Shown piece after piece: positions 52,748-59,237 of a DNA stretch of 64,000 nt. The position numbers and the translations under genes were made by a program. This stretch comes from a virus: IMG/VR virus record IMGVR_UViG_3300027319_000001; one strand, given 5' to 3'. Positions within the stretch are counted from its first letter, which is position 1. The number at the start of each line of letters is the position of its first letter. The notes beneath the pieces were generated by a model. That model ran no database searches. It was given only the letters and a program-made list of their open reading frames with translations, and had not been told where the DNA came from.

Positions 52748-54238
52748 GTGCTGACCCTTTATTTTGGGGGAGCTGAAATCCCTGGTTGGCGGAAATTTCT
52801 CGCCGATCAGGGGGTCACACACGTATCGATGTCTTTCGTCGGTCTGCTGCGGCGGACACGTCTTGTGCGGCCGTGGCTGATTGATGAGAAATTCCCGGAA
52901 GACATGGCGATCTTTCTGGATTCTGGCGGTTACACGCTGAACAAGAATCCGGAGAAATACACGATTGAAGAGCTCCACGAAATGGCGCATAAGTACCGGG
53001 ATTTCGTGGAGATGAATTATGACCGCTTGGAAATGGTATCGGAGTTTGACGCCCTTGTCCTCGGTCAGGAGTGGATTCAGCGTGAGCGCGCCAGCTTCTG
53101 GGAGGGTCTTGGAGATAAGTGGCTGCCCATCTGGCACGCAGAGACGGGCATAGCGGAGCTGGAGCGTCTTGCCGCCACATACGGCCGTGTAGGCGTCCCT
53201 CAGACGTCTGTAGGCGGCCGGGACATTATCCCGGTACTCAACAGGCTGGCTCGTGATGGTGTGCGACTGCATGGCGTCGCCATGACCAAGACGACGCTTC
53301 TGGAAGAAGTTGCATTCGATTCCGTAGCGTCCACGTCTTGGCTCTCTCCCGCGCAATACGGGGATACTCAGATTTGGACCGGACACGAACTTAAACGCTA
53401 TCCCCGCAAATACAAGGAACAGGGGCGTAAAAGGCACCGCCAGCACCTCGCATCTCAGGGGTTCAACACCGAGGCGATTGAAGCAGATGACCATAACGAG
53501 GTGTTGCGTGTTGCCGTTTGGAGCTGGCAGCAGTACATCGCGCACCTGAATCGTGGGGGAGTAGTTAGTACATTGCGGAATAGGGATAATCCCGAAAATC
53601 GGGAAAACGAGCGCGCAGAAGTTGATACGCAGGTTTCCGAAACCAGTACCGAAGTATCAACTAGAAATCCGTTTCCGCGCGAGCGTCGGCAGCTTTTGCC
53701 GGGCGTCGTACTGGACGTCGTAAGCCGCTCTGAGCTGGGAGAAGACGGTCAACCGGTCCAACGAGAGGAACGCCGTGTCGGTGTAGATCGTATTGCTCTA
53801 CGCCAGTGTGATAGTTGCTACATTGCCAGCCGTTGCCCGGCGTTCGTGCCTCATGCCGAGTGTGGTTATGAGATCCCGGTACAGATAAAAACCCGGGAAC
53901 AGCTGGACGCGGCACGGCGCGCTGTCCTTGCCATGCAGCTGCAGCGCGTCATGTACATGCGGTTGGTGGAGGAGCTGGAAGGCGGTTATTCCGATCCGAA
54001 TCTCTCCAAAGAAATCGATCTGTTCAACCGCATGGCTACCCAGCTCTCAGAGGAAGACGCCGAGTCGGTTTCCATCAGCATAAAGGCTCGTGCTCGCTCC
54101 GATGGCGAGACCGGAATGATCGGCCGTCTGTTCGGCCGCGAGGCGGCAGAACAGGTTCGCGCGCTTCCTGAGACCGTGGAGTCGGACGATCTGCTTCAGC
54201 ACATGGGAGTTGTTGACGCTGAGGTAGTGGATCGCTGA
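52748..54238 (+). CDS. TGT/DpdA-like transglycosylase domain fused to a C-terminal Cys-containing helical domain
   Basis: IFLDSGGYTL compares with TGT TDSGGFQ, and RLHGVAMTK..VAFDSVASTSW compares with TGT LMGVG..DMFDCV. The C-terminal half carries CDSCYIASRC..HAEC. Confidence 0.5.
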   Translation: MLTLYFGGAEIPGWRKFLADQGVTHVSMSFVGLLRRTRLVRPWLIDEKFPEDMAIFLDSGGYTLNKNPEKYTIEELHEMAHKYRDFVEMNYDRLEMVSEFDALVLGQEWIQRERASFWEGLGDKWLPIWHAETGIAELERLAATYGRVGVPQTSVGGRDIIPVLNRLARDGVRLHGVAMTKTTLLEEVAFDSVASTSWLSPAQYGDTQIWTGHELKRYPRKYKEQGRKRHRQHLASQGFNTEAIEADDHNEVLRVAVWSWQQYIAHLNRGGVVSTLRNRDNPENRENERAEVDTQVSETSTEVSTRNPFPRERRQLLPGVVLDVVSRSELGEDGQPVQREERRVGVDRIALRQCDSCYIASRCPAFVPHAECGYEIPVQIKTREQLDAARRAVLAMQLQRVMYMRLVEELEGGYSDPNLSKEIDLFNRMATQLSEEDAESVSISIKARARSDGETGMIGRLFGREAAEQVRALPETVESDDLLQHMGVVDAEVVDR

Positions 54239-54246
54239 CCGGAAAA

Positions 54247-54290
54247 CGCTAGAAGCCCCGCGCCAAAAATCTGGCGTGGGGCTTCTAGCG
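54247..54290 (+). terminator. 19-bp-stem hairpin terminator
   Basis: CGCTAGAAGCCCCGCGCCA aaaatc TGGCGTGGGGCTTCTAGCG lies directly after the 54238 stop. Confidence 0.75.
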
Positions 54291-54491
54291 TACTTTGGCT
54301 ATTCCCATTCGGCGAAGAAGCGTATTAACGCCCCCGGTTATAATCGAAATTGTCCGAGAATTCGGCACGTGATTGGGGATTATGTGGCGGCTCGACGAAC
54401 TGCTCGACGAACTCTGCCGCATCGCCGCCGCGGGCCTCAGCGACGGAATCCTCACCTCCGCATTCGGTCACACATAAGTGAGAAGGAGACC

Positions 54492-56114
54492 ATGTCCCCC
54501 AGGAAGAAAAAGATCACCGAACAGGCGGCCCTGCTGGGCATGCCCGCCATGGCCGACCTGTACGACACCCTGTGGAAGGCCGCGAACAAGCTGCGTGGCT
54601 ACATGGACGCCGCACAGTACAAGGACTTCGTCCTGGGCCTGGTGTTCCTCAAGTACGTCTCGGACGCGTTCGAGGAGCGCCGCGAGGCCATCCGCGCGGA
54701 GATCCTGGCGCAGGGCATCCCCGAGTCCCGTCTCGACATGTTCCTCGACGACAAGGACGCGTGCATCGGCCACGGCGTCTTCTGGGTCCCGGAAGAGGCG
54801 CGCTGGTCGCACCTGGCTGCGCACGCCAAGAGCGACGGCATCGGCGAGCTCATCGACCGTGCCATGGACGCCATCATGAAATCCAACCCGTCGCTTGCTG
54901 GCGTACTGCCCAAGATCTTCAACCGGGACAACGTGGATCAGCGCCGTCTCGGCGAGCTGGTCGACCTCATCAGCGACGCCAGCTTCACCGGCCACGGCGA
55001 CAGGCCCGCCCGGGACGTGCTCGGCGAGGTCTACGAGTACTTCCTAGAGAAGTTCGCCCGCGCCGAAGGCCAGCGCGGCGGCGAGTACTACACCCCGCCC
55101 AGCGTGGTCAAGCTCCTGGTCCAGGTGCTGGAGCCGTACTCCGGCCGCGTCTACGACCCCTGCTGCGGATCAGGCGGCATGTTCGTGCAGGCCGAGAAGT
55201 TCGTGATCGCCCACCGCGGCATCCAGCACAAGGACGGCATCACCGTCTACGGCCAGGAATCCAACGAGCGCACCTGGCGGCTGGCGAAGATGAACCTCGC
55301 CATCCACGGCATCAGCGGCAACCTCGGCCCCCGCTGGGCGGACACCTTCCGCGAGGACAAACACCCCGACCTCAAAGCCGACTACATCCTCGCCAACCCG
55401 CCGTTCAACATGTCCGACTGGTCACGCACCGTGGACGACCCCAGGTGGCGCTTCGGCACGCCCCCGGCGAACAACGCCAACTTCGCCTGGCTGCAGCACA
55501 TCATTTCCAAGCTCGCCGAACGCGGCACCGCAGGCGTCGTGCTCGCCAACGGCTCCATGACCTCCATGAAGTCCGGCGAGGGCGAGATCCGCGCCGCCAT
55601 CGTCGAAGCCGACCTGGTCTCGTGCATGGTCGCACTGCCGCCGCAACTGTTCCGCACCACTCAGATCCCCGTCTGCCTGTGGTTCTTCGACAAGGACAAG
55701 AGCCCGCAGGGTGCCAAGCGGCTGGCAGACAGGCGCGGCGAGGTGCTGTTCATCGACGCCCGGAACATGGGCACGATGGTCGACCGCACCGAGCGCGTCC
55801 TCACTGACGACGACATCGCCCGCATCGCTGACACCTACCACGCCTGGCGGGGCACCGCCTCAGCCCGCGCCAAGAACCTGACGTACGAGGACGTGCCGGG
55901 ATACTGCTATTCAGCCACCCTCGAGGAGATCCGCCAGCACGACCACGTTCTGACCCCGGTCCGGTACGTCGGCGTGCCCGAGGTCGAGAACGACGATGAC
56001 GAGCCGATCACCGACAAGATCGCCCGGCTCGCCAAGGAGCTGTACGCCCACTTTGAGGAGTCCGCGCGGCTGGAGAAGGACGTGCGCGAGCAGTTGGAGC
56101 TGATCGATGGGTGA
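54492..56114 (+). CDS. hsdM: type I restriction-modification methyltransferase subunit
   Basis: RBS GAAGGAG precedes ATG 54492. It has an HsdM_N-like N-terminus (LWKAANKLRGYMDAAQYKDFVLGLVFLKYVSD), the AdoMet motif DPCCGSGGMF and the catalytic ANPPFN. Confidence 0.9.
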   Translation: MSPRKKKITEQAALLGMPAMADLYDTLWKAANKLRGYMDAAQYKDFVLGLVFLKYVSDAFEERREAIRAEILAQGIPESRLDMFLDDKDACIGHGVFWVPEEARWSHLAAHAKSDGIGELIDRAMDAIMKSNPSLAGVLPKIFNRDNVDQRRLGELVDLISDASFTGHGDRPARDVLGEVYEYFLEKFARAEGQRGGEYYTPPSVVKLLVQVLEPYSGRVYDPCCGSGGMFVQAEKFVIAHRGIQHKDGITVYGQESNERTWRLAKMNLAIHGISGNLGPRWADTFREDKHPDLKADYILANPPFNMSDWSRTVDDPRWRFGTPPANNANFAWLQHIISKLAERGTAGVVLANGSMTSMKSGEGEIRAAIVEADLVSCMVALPPQLFRTTQIPVCLWFFDKDKSPQGAKRLADRRGEVLFIDARNMGTMVDRTERVLTDDDIARIADTYHAWRGTASARAKNLTYEDVPGYCYSATLEEIRQHDHVLTPVRYVGVPEVENDDDEPITDKIARLAKELYAHFEESARLEKDVREQLELIDG

Positions 56115-57297
56115 GGCCGTAACGCTGGCTGACGTCTGCGAACTTATTGTCTGTAGTCATAGTACTCCTCCGGAGTGTCCCGCCGAGGAGGCTTACGGGT
56201 TCGCCGTTGGCACGCCAAATGTCCGTGACGGACGAATTGTTCTTGAATCCGCCAAACGAGTAAATCGCGAGACGTTCGCCACCTGGACCGCGCGTGCTGT
56301 ACCACAAGCTGGCGACTTGATCGTCACACGTAGGGGACCGGTAGGTCGAGTTGGGATAATTCCTGAAGGGGTGAAAATTTGCCTGGGGGCGAGAACCGTG
56401 CTTCTCAGAGCGAATGCGGAGATTGTTCACCCCCGTTTCCTGCACTATCTGCTGATGGGGCCTGACATGCAACATGCCATGCACGCCCTAAGCGGTGGAT
56501 CTACCGTTCTCAACCTTAAAGCAGAAGATTTCCGTAATCTCAAACTCCCGCCCCTCCCTTCCCTAATGCAGCAGCGAATGATTGGCGAGCTGCTCGGCGC
56601 GCTGGACGACAAGATCGCGGCCAACGAGCGGATCGCACGGGCCAGCCTCGACTTGGCGGACGCGCACTTTGAATTGGTCGCCCGCAATCTCGCATATAGC
56701 TCTGAAACGTTCGGAACGGTAGCTGAGGTGTTCGTCGGAGGTACACCACGGACCTCAGAGCCCGCGTACTGGGATGGATCGATTGCCTGGGCCACGCCAT
56801 CTGATGTCACTGGCCTGAGCGGACCCTATCTCTTCACCACGGCGAGAAAGATCACAGAGAAGGGCCTTACCCAGTGTGGTTCGCGGATCTACCCGCCTGG
56901 CTCAATCTTCATGACGTCGCGCGCGACGATCGGAGCCTTCGCGGTACCACAGATCCCGACAGCGGTGAGTCAAGGAATCATCGTCATCATTCCACGGCAG
57001 CCTGAAATGCGGTGGTGGTTGTTCCATGAAATGCGATCTCGGGTCGAGGAGATGCGTAGTCTCGCGAACGGCTCAGTTATCCTTGGACTGACTTGCGAGG
57101 ATTTCAAGGCCATGCGCGTCCGATTGGCCGAACCCGACGTGATCGCCCGCTTCTCTGCGCAAGTTGATCCTCTGCATAAGCGAGCAGCTAAGTGCGTCGA
57201 GGAGTCGTATGTCCTGGCTGAGCTTCGCGACACACTCCTGCCCAAGCTGATGTCCGGTGAGATCCGCGTACGAGACGCGGAGAAGGCGGCCGATTAA
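56107..57297 (+). CDS. hsdS: type I restriction-modification specificity subunit
   Basis: It overlaps the hsdM stop by 8 nt. It has two target-recognition halves separated by conserved helices (..QQRMIGELLGALDDKIAANERI.. and ..LAELRDTLLPKLMSGEIRV). Confidence 0.85.
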   Translation: MGEAVTLADVCELIVCSHSTPPECPAEEAYGFAVGTPNVRDGRIVLESAKRVNRETFATWTARAVPQAGDLIVTRRGPVGRVGIIPEGVKICLGARTVLLRANAEIVHPRFLHYLLMGPDMQHAMHALSGGSTVLNLKAEDFRNLKLPPLPSLMQQRMIGELLGALDDKIAANERIARASLDLADAHFELVARNLAYSSETFGTVAEVFVGGTPRTSEPAYWDGSIAWATPSDVTGLSGPYLFTTARKITEKGLTQCGSRIYPPGSIFMTSRATIGAFAVPQIPTAVSQGIIVIIPRQPEMRWWLFHEMRSRVEEMRSLANGSVILGLTCEDFKAMRVRLAEPDVIARFSAQVDPLHKRAAKCVEESYVLAELRDTLLPKLMSGEIRVRDAEKAAD

Positions 57298-57334
57298 CCT
57301 TGGAAGCGCCCCGCCGACAGGCGGGGCGCAACCA
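57285..57334. repeat. 50-bp repeat copy 1 (hsdS 3' end + terminator hairpin)
   Basis: GGCGGCCGATTAACCTTGGAAGCGCCCCGCCgacaGGCGGGGCGCAACCA. It also acts as a bidirectional terminator. Confidence 0.9.
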
Positions 57335-57402
57335 GGATCAATCGGACATGTTCAGGAGCTTTTCAATTTCAGCGAACGAAATGGTGATCTCGCTCTCCAG
57401 AG

Positions 57403-57618
57403 CTATCCGTGGTTGTTGTAGGCTTCGACTATATGCTGCCCAAGGAAGACACCACACATTACGGTGGCGATAAGGGACACGAGGAATGCGATTAAAGCGA
57501 GCATCTTTTCTGAGCCTTCCCGGCTGTTAATCGTGATGTTTAAGAAGTACCCTGTTCCACTTGCGAGAACCATTACGGTGACCAGGGAAATTACGGCAAC
57601 GAACTGCTCGTCGGTCAT
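57403..57618 (-). CDS. small two-TM membrane protein
   Basis: The start is MTDEQF.. at 57618, after a GGGAG RBS. Hydrophobic segments are VAVISLVTVMVLASGTGYFL and MLALIAFLVSLIATVMCGVFL. Confidence 0.55.
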   Translation of the reverse strand: MTDEQFVAVISLVTVMVLASGTGYFLNITINSREGSEKMLALIAFLVSLIATVMCGVFLGQHIVEAYNNHG

Positions 57619-57619
57619 T

Positions 57620-57706
57620 CGGATTTCTCCCGGATTTTTCCGTTTTGCTATGGCCGTCTCCCAACCGGATTTTTTCGGCTGGGAGACGACTAAAGCCAAA
57701 CGGATT
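57620..57706 (+). repeat. CGGATT array 1 (4 copies)
   Basis: CGGATT occurs at 57620, 57631, 57666 and 57701, all on the + strand. Confidence 0.85.
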
Positions 57707-57750
57707 ACCGGCTCTCCAATTTGTATCGTTTCCGGCGTCTCAGAAGAAGA

Positions 57751-58437
57751 TCAAAGTGCGTCGTCCAGTGTGTAGTCTACGAGACGTAGTCTGTCCAGCC
57801 CCTCTCGTTTCGCAATGATTGCTGCCGTCTCTTCAGTTAACCCACGGGCGCGGTGCTTTTCATAGAGTTTTGCGGCTTCTTCTGCCGTATGGGCGTCCCT
57901 GTACCGTGTGCCCAGGTCTCCGAAAGGATGTCCGTATTCCGGGTCCCTGACCATCGCACCCCAGGATGTTACCGTGCTCGCTTCTGTACCTACATATACG
58001 GTGGTACGGAACCTGCGGATCTCTACTTCATCCCCTGTGTCCAGTGTTAGTACGTGCTCCAGCTGACCTGCGTCAGCCTCCCACAGCTGCGGAGGCTCCT
58101 CCCCCGGCGCGTAGCCAAAATACTCTCCGAATCTCTTGAGTCCGGCAAGCCCACGCCTGAACCGTTCCCGAAACATGGCTCCAGCACGCGGAACCCGGCA
58201 CAGCTGCAAGATGTCCGTTGGTGTAAGTTCCACGTGCGTGATCCGTTCAACCCTGGTTGGGAACCCTCCACGCTGCTTATGTATGCGGACACGATTGCCA
58301 AAGAAGGTGATGAAAGTCACCGACTTAGGATCTGTCCGCACCACGATCTTCCTAGCCGTGCGGTTACCGCTCCTAGCGGCGACCGTGTATGAGCAGACAT
58401 CCCCAACTTTAAGGTTGCGCGTCTCAACCAACTCCAT
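57751..58437 (-). CDS. hypothetical protein (228 aa)
   Basis: A clean ORF beginning MELVETR.., with RBS GAGG. I recognise no motif. Confidence 0.6.
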   Translation of the reverse strand: MELVETRNLKVGDVCSYTVAARSGNRTARKIVVRTDPKSVTFITFFGNRVRIHKQRGGFPTRVERITHVELTPTDILQLCRVPRAGAMFRERFRRGLAGLKRFGEYFGYAPGEEPPQLWEADAGQLEHVLTLDTGDEVEIRRFRTTVYVGTEASTVTSWGAMVRDPEYGHPFGDLGTRYRDAHTAEEAAKLYEKHRARGLTEETAAIIAKREGLDRLRLVDYTLDDAL

Positions 58438-58460
58438 AGCGCCTCACTCCATAGCGCCTC
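58431..58460 (-). repeat. perfect 15-bp tandem duplication of the RBS + start codon of 57751..58437
   Basis: ACTCCATAGCGCCTC occurs twice. The minus strand reads GGAGGCGCTATGGAGTGAGGCGCTATGGAG. Confidence 0.95.
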
Positions 58461-58465
58461 CAAGT

Positions 58466-58515
58466 GGCGGCCGATTGGCCTTGGAAGCGCCCCGCCTGTC
58501 GGCGGGGCGCAACCA
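58466..58515. repeat. 50-bp repeat copy 2 (loop inverted)
   Basis: GGCGGCCGATTGGCCTTGGAAGCGCCCCGCCtgtcGGCGGGGCGCAACCA. It is the terminator for 58524..58808(-). Confidence 0.9.
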
Positions 58516-58523
58516 TGGTCACC

Positions 58524-58808
58524 TTAGTCCTCGATGGTGATCAGGTAGTGACGCTTACGGTACGTTTTCCTGGTCACCTGCGCGAGCGGATCCCGAGGGC
58601 AACCGTTATCAATGTAGTCCTGCCAGCCACGGATATGGCGCTGAATAGCGGATCTGCGAGTCTTGAGGATACTGGCCACGTACTTGCTTGGCTTTGCCTT
58701 GAGCTGCGACTCAATGTCGGCAAGCTCAACCTGACGGTCCGCGATCATCGCGAGCGCCGCCTGCAGGCGGACCGCATAGTCATAGTGAGCGAAAGGGTTG
58801 CTGTTCAT
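58524..58808 (-). CDS. hypothetical protein (94 aa), stand-alone transcription unit
   Basis: It begins MNSNPFAHYDY.. at ATG 58808 after a GGGAG RBS. It has its own consensus promoter and terminators on both sides. Confidence 0.55.
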   Translation of the reverse strand: MNSNPFAHYDYAVRLQAALAMIADRQVELADIESQLKAKPSKYVASILKTRRSAIQRHIRGWQDYIDNGCPRDPLAQVTRKTYRKRHYLITIED

Positions 58809-58836
58809 CGCGCTCCCGTGTCTTGGTGGTGGCTCC

Positions 58837-58865
58837 ACTATAGCGGGGTGCGTGACGAGTGTCAA
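58837..58865 (-). promoter_or_regulatory. near-consensus sigma-70/HrdB-type promoter
   Basis: The minus strand reads TTGACA - 17 nt - TATAGT (-35 at 58865..58860, -10 at 58842..58837). Confidence 0.65.
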
Positions 58866-58912
58866 CCTATCGCGCAGTAGTCGGGAACAGAGCTGTGACC
58901 TGGGGAAACGAA

Positions 58913-58943
58913 AGTCCCCGCGTCGCATTCCGACGCGGGGACT
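58913..58943 (-). terminator. intrinsic terminator of the HicA-like gene
   Basis: AGTCCCCGCGTCG cattc CGACGCGGGGACT. On the minus strand it is followed by TTCGTTTCC. Confidence 0.75.
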
Positions 58944-58948
58944 GGAAA

Positions 58949-59209
58949 TCAACCCTTTACGTCAAGCTTAGGAAATTTCCGTGCCTTGCCCTTATACCTC
59001 CCATGCGGGTTTCTGTACACCAGCCCTATCTTGGCTAGCTGACTGAGCGTGTTGTTCCTGCCGTGCTTGTCGCTGTTGGTGCGAGACACGATAACCAGTC
59101 CTCCATCCTGAGGATTTCGGACGTGGTAGTGACGCCCATTTTTCTTGATCAGGAAACCTTGCCTTGCCGCGAGTCTCAAGATGGCCTTGATGTCTTTTCG
59201 GTCGGTCAT
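58949..59209 (-). CDS. hicA: HicA-like (YcfA-fold) protein, no adjacent HicB
   Basis: ..KDIKAILRLAARQGFLIKKNGRHYHVRNPQDGGLVIVSRTNSDKHGRNNTLSQLAKIGL parallels the HicA pattern ..L...GF......GSH.......G....vp.H......gtl..il...gl. Confidence 0.5.
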   Translation of the reverse strand: MTDRKDIKAILRLAARQGFLIKKNGRHYHVRNPQDGGLVIVSRTNSDKHGRNNTLSQLAKIGLVYRNPHGRYKGKARKFPKLDVKG

Positions 59210-59237
59210 GTCACTCTGGTCTTGGTGCGGTGCGTTT

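Noticed and set aside
54276-54491. N-terminal 72-codon extension of hsdM offered by the ORF track
   Set aside because: The extension begins inside the upstream terminator stem and is Arg-rich. ATG 54492 has a good GAAGGAG RBS, and the HsdM_N homology starts right after it.
54572-55807. 411-aa + strand ORF, along with 54478..54879, 54468..54995(-), 54599..54931(-) and 55422..55841(-), all overlapping hsdM
   Set aside because: The products are Arg/Pro/Gly-rich with no motifs. They are the usual alternative-frame artefacts of a very GC-rich gene. The hsdM frame carries all the methyltransferase motifs.
57336-57402. Reading frame ..LESEITISFAEIEKLLNMSD* on the minus strand just after the small membrane gene. 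It recalls a short helix motif seen in proteins near RM systems.
   Set aside because: There is no start codon, and the frame differs from that of the upstream gene. At 20 codons it is too short to call, even as a pseudogene.
58524-58808. HicB antitoxin role for the gene downstream of the HicA-like gene
   Set aside because: A strong terminator and a separate consensus promoter lie between them. The sequence shows no RNase-H-like or RHH/HTH pattern that I can recognise.
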